Shown: positions 51,094-64,000, counted from the stretch's first letter. The stretch is DNA of 64,000 bases from Entomortierella parvispora E1425 (GCA_020891255.1 BQFW01000011.1:1364001-1428000); one strand, 5' to 3'. Numbers and translations: made by a program. Notes: generated by a model not told the origin, from the sequence alone.

Positions 51094-54072
51094 ATGACTG
51101 ATTTCAGCATTTTCACCCTCTCTGATTCGAACTCTCGGTTCGCATCGTTCTTCAAGCGTCGTCCTCCAGTGGAATGGACGTTCTTTCGGGAGTTTGTTGA
51201 TGTTGGTCAACCAATCAGCGGCCAATACCAAAAGTACATCAGGAGCCTCGACCAAATTTCAGTGTCGCCGGAAGTCCCTCCTCTCGTGACTTCGCCAAGT
51301 CAACAACAGTATGGGTGATTACTGAGTCTTCTGTGCCTCCTCACCTCCTCGGCGTATACCTAAACTGTTGTGCTCTCTGTTGAAATAGAAAGAGATCTTT
51401 TGTAAGCATCTGCTGGAAGAGCGCAAAGCAAGTCTGGAGGCTCTCAGGTTGAGTACTTGACATGCACAAAGCATTGATGTCTTCATTGTCTATCAGTTGA
51501 CAACTCTGACAATTTCATTTTTCAACTATGTAGCTTTTAGCAAGTCAAACACTCGACACGTCAGCTCGGATGTTGATGCACAGCAATAAGGTGCATGAAA
51601 AGAACTTAATGCGGAACATGGGGATCTACAGACTAGATTCGACTTCCATTTCTTCAACATACGCACGGCGAATAAGAGGCGATACTTATAACGAGGACAA
51701 GGCAAGGTGAGGTACCGTTTGATTGATGTGTTGCAAATCATACACTGCGACATTCAGCTAATCCACGTTTGTTACTGTAGACTGCAACAAACGATCGATT
51801 CTCAGGAGAGTGGTTCAGATCTACCTACTTATGACAGTGAGATCTCTGGGGAATCCGGAATTTATAAGGCGTATTTAACCAAATCTGGCATGTGTTCTCC
51901 TTCAACACTGTATCGAAAAAGGACTGTAACTCAGCGGGATGATGGGCATGGCCACCACTCAGACGCAGCAGCACGTGATACAGATTCAGCGGTAGATTCG
52001 GATATAACAGCAATGTCCAGCTCGTCCAACCCCTCAACTCGAACAAGCAGGTGCTTTCAATGTTAATCTAATGCTCATTTGGTCATAGTCACTGCGCTCA
52101 TGCGAGAAACTCTATCTAATGGCAAATTACGGCAGGAAAGCGGCCAATTTCAACTACGACATCATCTCATGTATCATCACAACCAGCCACGTTTCCCTCG
52201 GTTTCCTTCACGGCTCTTCCACCCCAAGTTCAGGTAAGTTTCAATTCTTTAATTTGCGGCTCTCCTTTCTAGCCTTTACAGTCGTCCTCATAAAGATACA
52301 CCCATTGCCTGCGAATAGTCCTCAACAGAGAGTTCCCACCCTGAGGCTATTTTCCTACCTCGCTCACTGTTCAGTGCAGAAGACAACGTGGATCAGTATT
52401 TCTTCGACCACCCGATCAATGGATGGGCGGATGTTTGTGCATTTTGCAGCGTTTTGTTGAAGCAAAAGTACTTGACATCATGCAAGAAGGCCTATCAGCG
52501 ATATTCAAAAAGTCTACTTGCAATACGACACAACACAGCAGTTAATGGTCAGATCAGATAACATGCTGCGAACGTCTTGAAAACCCGAGAGTCTAGCTTT
52601 CGAACCGATTATTTTCATATCGAAAGTCACCTACAACAGGATGCAGCTAGCACGCGAAAGATTTCACTCGCGGGCGAAGAAGAGGAGGCGCCGCCGCATC
52701 TAGCGCTGCACTTTGATCTCGCTTCACCCAGGTCAGTAGATGATGACTTTCAACCCGGAGATAGAGGTGCAGGAACAGAATCAACTGCAACACATGACGA
52801 GGATCTAACTGGAGAAATACCAGAGCCGATTGAGACGGATCGTCTTGTTGGCCATGGAGAATTTTCAAGTCAGCTCTCGACGGAAGGTCGTGTTGTTGTC
52901 GACGACTTCGATATTTCGGCTGCCATCATGAAACACCGAAGTATTATAAGACTACCAATTCTCACCGAAATGGATGATTTGCTGTTAGTATTTGTGATGT
53001 CGTTTTGGAATACGCCTTCGACGACAGCGCTAAATGTCCTAACGCGATCATTTTTGTGGATAATAGGCTGACAAACTTTGTCATGTCTCGGTCACTGCTC
53101 CTGAAACTGCTACCTACGGAGATAGTCGACAAAGCGTTTCCATCTCACAACCCTGTTGCTCTGGAGTCCACAGAACTCGATCTAGTTGGGAAAATATCAG
53201 CCTATGCAACAACGTACTCGTATGATGATCTCAAATCATGGTTTGAACAACAATCAAGACTGGCAACCGCTATTGTTCACCCGCTCCATTTCGTCATACT
53301 TCTGGGAAGCGGGACTCTGGTCAGACTGCAATTGGCACAGGAAAGGAACTGGCGACAACGAAGATACTTTCACTCAAGGCCTTATCAAACCGCTGTTGGC
53401 TGCAGCATTCGGTGATTTTGCTGGGTGCTCACGATGCCTGCGTGCTTGTTTTATCGCAATATCGCTGACTGACATACGAACTCATGGACTCGTGATTCAC
53501 TTGGCTCTGGAAAATCCGAGGATCCCGATGCCCGGCTTCAATTGCCTGATTACCAAGTGTCAATAGGAACACACTCCATAATCTTGGGCGAGTTCAAAAC
53601 AGCAATGGCTCCATTGAAGGCTATACAGGACGATTATGTAAAGCTAGTCTTCATGGGCAAAAAGACCGTCGATGGTCTGTACAAGGCAGGATATCCTGAA
53701 CCCGTCACACTCATTCATGGCAGGGGCATGTCAGTGGATGTGCACAGTCTGGGCATTCGTTTAGAGACAATGTATCATTTGAAATCTCTAGGATCGTTCC
53801 GTCTGGTCTCAGGACCTCTCGAGCTCTCGCTATTGTTAGGCATTGGACTTCTGATCTCGGCGAGGGCATTAACAACTCACACGGTTGGAAACCAAATTCA
53901 AACGAAAATAGCAGGCGATAACGTTTTCGATGACTTTTTTTTCGTGTGTGATTGGTCAATAGCGAGGTCAACCTTTGACAAGATCAAGCGTCGAAAAAAG
54001 GCTCCCACTGATAACAAATGGACAAGAGGGACGTACGATTTCAAAGGCATCACTATCTCAGCGACAAAATAA
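51094..54072 (+). pseudogene. Decayed gene of a lineage-expanded family with a C-terminal PD-(D/E)xK (restriction-endonuclease-like) motif
   Basis: Protein-like fragments in shifting frames: MTDF..FFKRRPPVEWTF, DFDISAAIMKHR..EMDDLL, NEDTFTQGLIKPLLAAAFG, PDYQV..ILGEFKT..DDYVKLVFMGKKTVDGL. Family assignment is from motif recollection only. Confidence 0.45.
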
Positions 54073-54888
54073 AGCGGGTGACAGCAAAGAGTAGAAATGA
54101 GCGGTGAAAACATACTTTTATTCCTCCTGTTGCTATTGAAAGGCAATCTCCTGCTTCATGTCCAGACGCCAGTTCTCAAGGAGCGCCGCGCATCGTTCAT
54201 TGGGGATAAGATCATGATATATGACTGCGCGTGGTGTATTGTGATTACTCAGCTCGCGTCCGGTGTAGGAAGTCGTCCCTGTGCTGTCTTGGCAGGTCAT
54301 ACCAGGTATGAATTGGGTCAAGACTCTGGATGCTTTTGGACCTGATGAGAAAGAGGAAGGAAGGCTGGGTGGGTGGTGCATGCAGTACCAGATCAACTCA
54401 GAAAATGAGACGTTTTGTCCGCATGTTGAGGTTCTGCTTCCAGTGATCAAAAGGGATGGCCGAAAGACAAGGCCCTGTTGCCTGATGCATTAACTCTCCT
54501 TCCAGTGAATGTGCGTACATCGCGCTATCGCAGCAACCTGTCAAGTGTTTATGAGCCAGCCTTGAGGACTTAAAAAAAAAAAGAATTTTCGCGACAATCG
54601 CCGTTGTTGGCACAATGAAGCCATAGCTTGAACTCTGGTGGGCCTGCAGCTGCCAGGCAAACACTCATCAAACCTGCGGCAATGTTGCTGTCACCAAAAC
54701 GTATCCAATTGCTCGGCACGCCTCCACCACAAAACAAAGCTCCGGCAGCACATGCGTGCACATGATATCGGACATGGTGTATATTATGGAGCCGGGGATA
54801 GTGTGTGATATAGATATGGACAAGACTATAAAAAAAATGGTATCCTCTTCCTTCTTCTGAAAAATAGAGAAGACTGGGTGGCCTCCTT

Positions 54889-55518
54889 TCACACCAGCTC
54901 CATGGCAGCATCTCTATGGGAAGAAGGTCCATTGGTGCCATCAAAAGGACGGAACCACATTTTTGAATGGGGCGAGCGCGAAGACGCGCTTAAGGACTGA
55001 TCATCATCCGACAATGAACTATCATAGTCTTCATCCTTCTCCTTTTTGACTTTGAACACCAGTCCATTGCCGACCATAGGCTGAGGCCAGAGCCAAAGCA
55101 AAGGGTTTTGGCCCAAGACTTCCTGAAAGTTGGCAAGGACTCCTTGGTGGTACGGACATTTGACCTAAGGAAAATGAAAGCAAGCTTGATAGATGAGAAA
55201 AAAAAAGCTCCTGTGAAAAAGTTCCATTTGCTCCCGCGGGAGAAATAGAAAGTAGAGAAATGAAGAAAACGTACATCTCGGATCTTTCCACGGCGGATCA
55301 TGGTCAGGACACGATCCTTTTCCCAGCTCTCAATCGTCGTTGTGTTGCTTGAGATGCACCAATAGTGATAGGTGGTCAGAATACTGATGCCGAATAAAAC
55401 GGAGCCATCCATGATCATGTTGATCCCGATAAACATGATCTGCTCTTGAGTCGGTTGATTATGACGGTTCTAATAAGTGTTTCACGGCAATGGTTAGTGC
55501 CGGTACACTTTGACAGGC

Positions 55519-55554
<36 letters not shown>

Positions 55555-56285
55555 ACGATTCCAAGCTGCTCATTCTCATAGGCCTCCCAGCACCGGAGGA
55601 TCAAAAGACAGGCGCAAATAAAAGTTGAGATCGTGGTCCAAGTGATGAAGCGAACAAAGTGACCATAGTTCTTGAACCCAACACAGTTCTGGACCCAGGG
55701 ACAATGATGATCCATCTTCAGGACGCACTTTTTGCACGTGCGGCAATGATGTGTCCTTGGAGGTTTGTAGGTATCACAAGTTCGACAGTACCGCGGTGTA
55801 TGTGTCGTCTTTTTGTACTCTATGCTGGAACCATCAATGGGTGGGGTCTAACAGGAGTCATCATAAGATAAAGTCAGTGAGGGGGTTGTAGGATTGTTCC
55901 ACAGTCTGGCTCCCCTGCTTCAATAGCTCCTCATAACACGTTCATGTTCCAGGCGTGCAACGTATATCGAAAGCTGACTCCTTACCCAATCCAATGGTGG
56001 TGATCCTGGATCCGTCATCATGGTGAGATAGTAGTTCCAGCAGAGCATACCCAACGAGAAATTGAACGGTACCAGGTATAACAAAGCGCGCACGTTTAGA
56101 TTGGACCACATCATGCTCAGGTATCCTCCACTCTCGTTGTCATATCTTTGCTCGTCCTCTGTATCCATTAAAGCTGAGAACTCGGTCCCAAAGAGCCATG
56201 GCCAAAAGATGAAAACCTGGGAGGTGACGGCTATGAATGAAAACAGGAAGCATGCAAAGCATGCAATCCACCTGTCGTTGCTCAT
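54889..56285 (-). CDS. PFA4: DHHC palmitoyltransferase (Pfa4-like)
   Basis: TM-rich N-terminus; [14 protein letters not shown]; Cys-rich domain with [20 protein letters not shown]; TTTIESWEK; [23 protein letters not shown]. Confidence 0.88.
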
Positions 56286-56553
56286 CCTTTTTGGAGAGGG
56301 TTCTATCGGTATATCCTGCTCAGGCCGTGTTCCAGTCTTGAAGAGAGAGTCTGCTTGCCGATGGAGAAGGGGTATAGAGGAAAAGAAGAAGACGCGCCTC
56401 GTTCCACAAGTCGGAGATGATTCTTTGATGATGAGAGAATGGCGACGTGGGGACAAATGCACGGGAGGCCCAGCCCCTGATTTTTTTAGCACTTAAAAAT
56501 AAATGATCTGGGATAAATTATACTGAGTTTTTATTCTTGTTGACCAAATGTTT

Positions 56554-58510
56554 TCAGATTCGACTGATGCCTCCTGGTCGCAGCGAGCTATCGCTCGCGC
56601 TGCTGCTTGCGCCTGCACTCTCCTCGATCCTCATATTTGGGGAAACAACTCTGATATCTGGTCCCCCAGTTCCGTCCATACCATCTTCGCCCGCACCGCT
56701 GGCAAGGAGCATGCAAGGTAGACAGCATCCCGAGCAACAGAGTAAAAGAGAGAGCACAATAAAGATAGGGATCAAAACCTTAGAGATCGAGTAGCTGTAG
56801 CCATCCAGCCTTGCTGCCAACAACCCAATGAGCGAATATGTGAGTGTACCGAGGATCACAAACACGACGGCACCCACGATCATAAGTGTCTGGCCCTGTT
56901 GCCTCATCTCCACGTTTTGCATCCTCGAGAATCGTCTGTATCCAACTGCAAGTTGAGCCAGGTACTTAAGACCCACCAAGTAGAGCGGGATGAACACTAT
57001 TCCCCACGAACAGGCGATACTGCCATCGATTCGGAGCATGATCAGGACAGCCAGCACCAGGCGTACCACCTTCCACCAGAGTGCCTCAAAGACAACAACG
57101 AGTTTGCCTACAAAAGGAACCTCTGCTGCCGATGCGACCTTGAGCGTGACCGCCAACTGAATAATGGCCAACAGGAAAAAGATGCCCTCCAGTGCGAAAT
57201 AGGGTCCAAACACTTGTGGGCCCGTGGCGCTGGAGGGGTCGTTCGCCTTTCTGACAATCTGGATCTGGAATGCAGTAAAGAGAAGGATGTTGACCAATGC
57301 AAAAATCGTTCCCGTAAGTCGCTGACGTTTACGCTCCTTGAGCTTTTGTGCTTTGGCTTCCTCCCGTGAAGCAGAGGTCGATGTTGCACCATTCTCCTGC
57401 TCCTCGTGATCCTCATCTGTGTCCTCATTTTCGATCGGTCGACTGAGCTGAAAGAGTATTGAGAGGACGATGACGGCATCCAGGATCCAGAGAGGTATAA
57501 AGACCACATAATAGTTCCAGTTGACTTTGCCATCCACTTGAACCGATAGGAAGCTAAGAAAGATGATGGCGAGGACTAGAAGAATGGAGAGGATGATGAA
57601 GATGGCACAGAGAAGACTCTCGATCTCCACAAGCCTCGCCCCAATCTCTGTTCCTGCCATTTGCACGCCCATCATGCCATATTTGTCGTATACTGCGCGT
57701 TTCTTGGGATCACCTAAACGAATACAATAGGCAGTAAAAAAACACGAGGAGGTCAGGTTTTTTGCTTGGCAATATTCTTTTTTCGAGTTCCACAACGTTC
57801 GAGAAATGGGGAATGAGGACAACGGGAAGGACAAGGACATGGCGAAATCATTCGATCAAAAGTCCAAACAACGGTCAGATACTGTAGCATTCTGAATCAT
57901 AAAAGTCGACGGGGGCACTTCCAGTGACATGATGGTCATCACCACTGTGATCCTTCATAGTTGTGCTGACCGTCGCGATGCTCGGTGAGCAGGAAGAAAT
58001 GCATTCATCTTTTCGTACTTACCCAGAACCTCATATGCTGCAGCAATATCTCGAAACTGGGCAAGGTCGATAAAGAACAGGTCAAGGGCAAGTTAGCATC
58101 GTGCCAGGTGGTCATGGACATCAGACCCTGAGAATGGTGTGGTAGCCCTTGCACTCCGTGATATCCACAATCTTTTTTTTTATTGCCGCTGCCGTTTTCG
58201 TTCTGCAGGGTGAGATGTGTGAACGTACCTTGTTCTCATGATCTGGAACCTCGGCAACATTGACCTTATCGGGGTGATATCGTAGAGCGAGCCGCCTACA
58301 ACGACAAAGGGCAAGACACAGAACAACCAAAAGGGTTAGAACAATCGAACCGTCGTCATTCTTTGCAGAAGGGCAGGTAGGCAGTAAGAGAGAATGATGG
58401 CAAGGCATGAACATGACGAGGACTTACCGATAGGCCTTCTTGAGTTCATCCTGGGTACTCGACTTTGGCACGCCCAGGGTCTCGTAGAGATGGACCGTGT
58501 TGCGGTCCAT
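56554..58510 (-). CDS. DnaJ-domain protein fused to a multi-TM TMEM185/FAM11A-like domain
   Basis: MDRNTVHLYETLGVPKSSTQDELKKAYR..LALRYHPDK (HPD motif)..LGDPKKRAVYDKYG, then TM segments with VDGKVNWNYYVVFIPLW and IDGSIACSWGIVFIPL, and a Cys-rich C-terminal patch (LLCCSGCCLPCM). Confidence 0.85.
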
Positions 58511-59047
58511 AGTAAAGAAGAGGTCAGACCGTGGCTGTCTATGTTATTCTGATATTGTCGACAAGGCAGAAGAAGGAAAAGCAAGGGAGGAAGGGCAGGG
58601 ATGGACACAAACAGAGCAGAGAAGCCGAGCGAGATATGGAGAGATATGTGCTGAAAAGGGGCACCTGGACAACTGCACTGGGAATAAAAAGAGGCGGCAA
58701 TCGAACTCCGCGTGGAAGGAAGGAGGAGAGGAGCCTGACTGTCTGGTTGCGTAGTTGTGGCTGTCCTGAAGGGAGACACAGAGCGCGGATGGATGAATGA
58801 ATGGAAGAGAGGAAGACGGAAGAATGAGGGCAAGAATAAATGAAGCAGGAATGCATGCATTGCTGTTCTCCGTCTGTCTGTCCATCCAATCTTGTCTTTT
58901 TACCATGCGTCAATTGCATCCCAAAGCCACCGCGATCTGATCATTCTCTGTTGCTCCGCCCAGCCTCCCCTTTGCTATTTCATTGCTCCGCCTCTTGTTC
59001 ATCTCTACCCACATTATCCTCCTCCACCGCGCATCCTCATCCTCAAC

Positions 59048-59862
59048 ATGGCAGCCACCGCACGGAACCCCGGGAAGCAATACACGGAATTCAAGGAGCA
59101 GGACCTGACAACATCCGTCCAGGAGCGCACCGCCAACAAGTTCGACATCTACTGTCCTCAGGAGTCCTGCCGTTGCAAGCTCCTTTTGGCCCAGGCCGCC
59201 ACACTGGCCCACAGAGAGAAGAGCAAGGTAGTAACAGCGGCTTTCTCTTTTGTTTTCGTCCTTTGCTGACTGCTACTCTACCGATACCGAGCAAGGGGGG
59301 CCATGGGATAACATTCATATTCAGGGCTCTGGTCACGGCACTGTCCACCTCTTTTTTTGCTTTGGCAAGGGGAGGGTTCCAGGGGAGCAGGGGAAGCAGG
59401 GGAAGCATCCGGGGGTGGTGCAGGAAAGACAACGGAGAAACCATCATCAGAACGGCTATTTTGCGTGCCCTCACTAATGACTTTACTGTGGTAAACGACC
59501 CTCTTTTTTTATTTGTCAAACAGCTCTCATTGCCAAAACTCCCCGTTGCCCCTGGGGCGACCGTTTCGACCATTGAAGAGAACGACTCGACTGTCCATGA
59601 GGATACAGCACAAAGCGAAATCAAGGAGACGGAGGAGTCAAATACTACTACTGCACCAGTAGAAGACCAACAGGCATTCTGGCGCGTGTCCAATATGATG
59701 GCTTTTGAGAACATTGGCTTTAGCAAGAAGCTTCCGAACGGCATCCAGTTCCTCTCTTGCGCAGATTGTGATACCGGCCCATTGGGATACCATGATTCGA
59801 CTGGATCTAGCAAGGAATACCTCATCGCATTGAACAGGGTCCGATACCACGAACGGTCTTGA
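59048..59862 (+). CDS. DSS4: Mss4/Dss4 (RABIF) Rab guanine-nucleotide-free chaperone
   Basis: Exons 59048-59227 and 59524-59862: NKFDIYCPQESCRC (CxxxxC), FWRVSNMMAFENIGFSK, LSCADCDTGPLGY. Confidence 0.9.
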
Positions 59863-61385
59863 ATGGTGGATGGACAAAAAGCCTCCTAGACTAGAAAGTA
59901 GATCATGTTCCTCCCTCGTGAAATACCACAAACAGAGTGTCCTTTGCATCTCTCCATCCAATACCCTCTCTTTGGAGAGATATACGTTTTGGTACAGCCT
60001 GTTATTGGTGCGAAGATGGAATGCATGCACAACAGTTTATTTAGCAGGCGAGGTTGATCATCTCTTTCGTGGCTGTTGCGGCCGGTCAGTCACAACCAGG
60101 CACGATCAAGGGCGGAGATGGGTGGTCTGATCGCAACAGCTCGTCCTCAGGCGTGTCATGTTCCTGACTTGATGTTCCCACCGAGCACGTTGGCCTTTGT
60201 TGTGGTTCGGTGTCCTGGTGGCGAGGCCGGTGGTGTTTTAAGAATTGGAACGTCTATCAGCAAACCCAACGCTTTATGATGACAAAGATGTTATCTTTCG
60301 ACAATGGTCATTCGTTCATCTCTTTCTTTTTTTTCGTTTTTTTTTTTTTTTTGATGGTCCTTTTGATTCAAGTGGATTGGAAGATGAATAGAAAAAAACT
60401 ATTTAGGAAGAGCGCTATGGTCACGATTGAATCATTGACAGGGCAATCACACGCCTTTGAAGATGAGGGATAGCAATGACTGGATGACTTTTTAGACCCG
60501 GTGTGTGACCTTGTGATATAAAGGACACACGACGACGACAACGTGCGCAAAAGGTGAAAGAGAAAAAAAGAGCCCTGTGCGGACACGCACTTTCATACAA
60601 TTCTCCAGCTCCTTGACAAAAGAAAAAAAAATAGGGGTGCAAGGCAGATGGCCAAATCGCTGTCTTTGAGTTTCTTGCATTGGGCCTTTTCTCCCACCAA
60701 ACAGGAGGAGAGTCCTCACACAACATGCAAATGCACAAATAGAAGAGCCACATACCAACCCCACTGCCATGCGCTGAATGCATGGCGCGCACGCACTCCA
60801 ATTTATGACCGAGGGACAGAACCATATGACCATGCGATGCGATGTCAGCAGCTTTCTTTCTTTTTGCACTCCATCTTTCGTTTTGTTATTCGGTTCCTGA
60901 AAAAAGGGCGAAACAACGTACCCTGCCCTTGCCCCCCACCTTCAACTCGATCATTCCCCTTGATCTTCATCGTCGCCTTTATCTTCCCACCTGTTTTTTT
61001 TATCCCCTTCTCTTCTTTTCTTCTGTCCCTCATTCTCTTTCTCAAAAAAAAAGTCCTACGCACAGCCCGATTTTTTTTCTTTTCTCCTCCCCGCCTTTGT
61101 TTCTTCCTTCATTATCATTTAACGACCCATCACACATCCCCCAACAACATTGCAAACCCAACGAAACAACCTCCCCCGGGTCCGTTCGAACGCTGATCTT
61201 GATCTTTTTTCCACGACCCAAAAGAGTCCAATCCATCTCTTTTTGCACTGTACTCTTTTTCTTCTTTTTTACTTCTTCATTTGCATCTGTCTTCTCTACC
61301 CCACCATACTACCCCCAGTCAAAAAAGTCCGTCTCTTCTTTCTCAAAAGTCGCACCTTCAAGAACTCCGAAAACAACGAAAAACC

Positions 61386-63016
61386 ATGACTCCAACCGTG
61401 AAAGCCTGGCACCGTGATGACTGCCGTCGACTCTCAATCGACATTGAGCAGATCCAATACAACGAACTGAAGAAGAAGGTGAGGAAAAAAAAAAAAGACC
61501 GAAAAGAAATCCCTCATCCCCTCTCATCTGTTTTCTCTCGGATGATGATCTTGCTACACTGGTGTCCTTCTATTTTCAGTGCACGTCCTCACAAGACATT
61601 CAAACCAAAAAAAACATACATTACCTTTGGCCTTGCCCGCATTAGCTTCAAAACACCTTTCAACTCGAAAACGAGTTTACAGTCAAGTATGCAGACATGG
61701 ACGGTGATCTCTGCACGATCAGCGGACACGAGGAGCTAGAGGAGCTCGTCAATTCGGACCTGGTCAAGGAGCGTAAGGGCAGTTTGAGGCTACAAGTCAT
61801 CCCAAAACGCGCCAGTATCCTCCATCGACGCGACTCTTCCGACCAATCAGGCACTTCCACCGTTGGTAAGTTGAAAATAAAAACAACGCGTTCCCAGAGA
61901 AATGAGCCTTTGTTTTTTTTTCTTCCTTGTGGCATGAACTGAAACTGATGAACCCTGTTATCTCCACGACTTTCTTTTTCTTTTACGGCTATCCTTTTTA
62001 GTAGATTCGAAGCAGGGCAGGAGTCCATTTGAGAACGAATACACGGACCGTGACATGTTGGAGATCCTGAGGGACATCAGTCTTTTCATCTGTGCGCGAG
62101 GCATGGACCGACATAACGAGAATGGTAAGAATAATGAAAGAGGTAGCGTCTCGCTTGACATCAACAAAACGAAAGGGTGTTGACCATCTGCCCTTCATTT
62201 TTCTTCTTCTCTCTCTTCCCTTTGGGGCTGTCCCTTGCTCCTTAGAAAACGCGCTCGCGGAGCTGCCACCTGGTGCATCGTCATGGGTCTCTGCTGGCAA
62301 GAATCTCATAAGTAAATGAAACGAAATTGGCAATTGGCATCCTAGTGTCATCAAGGACGATCGATGCAAGAAAAGGTCAAAACTAATCCAGACAACAAAA
62401 AACCATGCATGTGAAAATAGCACCAACCACGGCTCAAAACTTTCAGCGATTGAATTACGCCCGTTCTGTCCGAGAAAAGTTCCCTGTTGCGAACGGCACA
62501 GAACGTAAGTACAATCGAATATCTCTTGAACTAGAATGGAGAGGCATACCCTCATTTTCTCATTTCTTGTCTGAACAATATCATACTTCCTTCGCTCACT
62601 AATAGTTCTGACGGGCTTGGATGAACACGTATACCGATGGACGGTGGAGACCACCGGACAATGGCTCGCCAACAATGGCTACGAGGATAGCGTCCAGTCC
62701 TTCAAAGGTAAGGAGAACATGCATGGCGACAAACTCCATCATGTCTGCCTTTGTGCTTTCATGGGTAGGTACTCTCCTGGATACTAACTGTCGCGATCAT
62801 CGTCACTGTCGTAACTTCCCCTTAGAAAACGACATCACGGGCGACGTCCTTTTGGATCTCACCCATGACACACTCAAGGACATGGGCATGACCTCGACCG
62901 GTCGAAGGATCCGTCTTCTAAAGTTGATTGCCGAACTCCGATTGCTCGTCGCCGACATCGCCCTCCAAGAAGCCACGGATGAAGCCACGGCCTTTGAAAA
63001 CATGGCCATTCCCTAA
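61386..63016 (+). CDS. Small adaptor protein with N-terminal PB1 and C-terminal SAM domain
   Basis: Exons join in frame to YNELKKK|LQNTFQLENEFTVKYADMDGDLCTISGHEELEEL (PB1 OPCA motif) and WTVETTGQWLANNGY..FK|ENDITGDVLLDLTHDTLKDMGMTSTGRRIRLLKLI (SAM). Confidence 0.82.
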
Positions 63017-63397
63017 AAGATACCCTTCACTTCTAAAACTCCTTCCCTTTTCTGATTCCTTTCTCTCCATCCCTCTTTTTTCACTCTTTTTTCACTCTTT
63101 TGAACTCCTCATCTTCTCCCTGCTCTTCCTTTTACGAAATGATATGAACAAAAAGAACAAAGGCCCCTGGACATGAAATGAAAAAATCTCATAGGCACTT
63201 CTCAATAAATGCAATACGACAGCAAGAAATGAGTTATTTTATATACGTTTTGTTTTGTTTTGTTTTCATGTCTTTTGGTTCTCGGTTTCTGAAAACTCTT
63301 ACAGTCACGGAATACACAATGAAAGAAAGAGACAAGATAGGGAAGGAGGAGGGAGGGAAGGTAGAAGATAAACACAGAAAAGTAGGAAAAGGCGAAA

Positions 63398-64000
63398 TCA
63401 GACCGATTTACGTCTTGCCAGACAATAGTCTCCCCAGATCTTAGCCTGACCTCTCGTCAATGCGACCGTAATCTTGTCCGGGATCCAGAAAGCGCGCACC
63501 CACCGATTCTTGCCTGCGCCTACAGTCGTATCCAAAAACTTTTTGCAATACAATTTCTCCCAATGCTCCTTGTCCTGAAGGTAACGTGGCTCCAGATCAA
63601 CTTCTTTTGGCGCTGATGATGACGCTGTAGTTGCGGAAATTTTGGATTCCTCGTCCGACGAAGAGGACGAAGAAGGTCGACCGCTGTAATCCAAGTCAAC
63701 TAAGTACTGGCACTCATCCAAAGGGGTCTAATGAGAAACAGTAAAAGAAAAAAAAAATTAGCCCTCATTTGCCCTTCTTATCTTGGTGTCTTGCACAAAG
63801 CGAACGATACTTACATAATGGTCCCAGACCTCTTTGTTCTGGTTGTTCATTTGTGTGGGCACAAACGACGTGCCCGGGCGCCTCTCTGCGCTCCACCGCC
63901 AATCGATTCTCATCATGGGTCGATGATGCTTTCCTTCGGCGGCAGAAGGCTTCAATACTGGAATTTCTTCCTCACCAGCCTCCACATGTGTTCCGTCCTG
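63398..64000 (-). CDS. ALG9: Alpha-1,2-mannosyltransferase Alg9, C-terminal part (runs off the window)
   Basis: FVPTQMNNQNKE..HY|..DECQYLVDLD..EPRY..WEKLYCKKFLD..RAFWIP..WGDYCLARRK resembles the Alg9 luminal C-terminus. Confidence 0.8.

Noticed and set aside
1626-55550. Long poly-A/poly-T tracts as retro-insertion tails
   Set aside because: They occur in ordinary introns and UTRs of many genes without TSDs or associated retro-sequence, so they look like a genome-wide compositional trait.
58840-59862. 340-aa ORF as a single protein
   Set aside because: It reads through an intron; the real product is the spliced Mss4/Dss4 protein.
1-64000. tRNA, rRNA or snoRNA genes; Fanzor/TnpB-like nuclease in the transposon
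   Set aside because: No cloverleaf with A/B boxes and no rRNA-like sequence was recognised. Neither hAT ORF shows a RuvC D-E-D plus zinc-ribbon layout. tRNAscan-SE, Infernal and HMM searches would be needed to exclude these formally.

Overview
Eukaryotic, intron-rich fungal DNA (GT-AG introns with CTAAC-type branch points, many homopolymer tracts). Gene content and style suggest an early-diverging fungus such as Mortierellaceae; this is inference only. Housekeeping genes: TTC39/Iml2-like (5' partial), two single-pass membrane proteins, a CASTOR-type ACT arginine-sensor homolog, an S41 peptidase, VPS60, ATG3, acyl-CoA oxidase, a PFA4-like DHHC palmitoyltransferase, a DnaJ-TMEM185-like fusion, MSS4/DSS4, a PB1+SAM adaptor and the 3' end of ALG9. 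Between the acyl-CoA oxidase and the DHHC gene lies a ~24 kb accessory island. It holds (i) a young 5,791-bp hAT transposon with perfect 413-bp TIRs containing a 22-bp tandem array, an 8-bp TSD, a multi-exon transposase and a second zinc-finger-like cargo gene; (ii) an inverted pair of decayed group III (Nik1/Os-1) histidine-kinase fragments whose inner ~490 bp are nearly identical; (iii) a dispersed repeat family encoding Arg/Gln-rich ORFs that flanks the second kinase copy in inverted orientation; and (iv) a decayed PD-(D/E)xK-like gene. No CRISPR array, rRNA or tRNA could be supported. Exon boundaries were read by eye.
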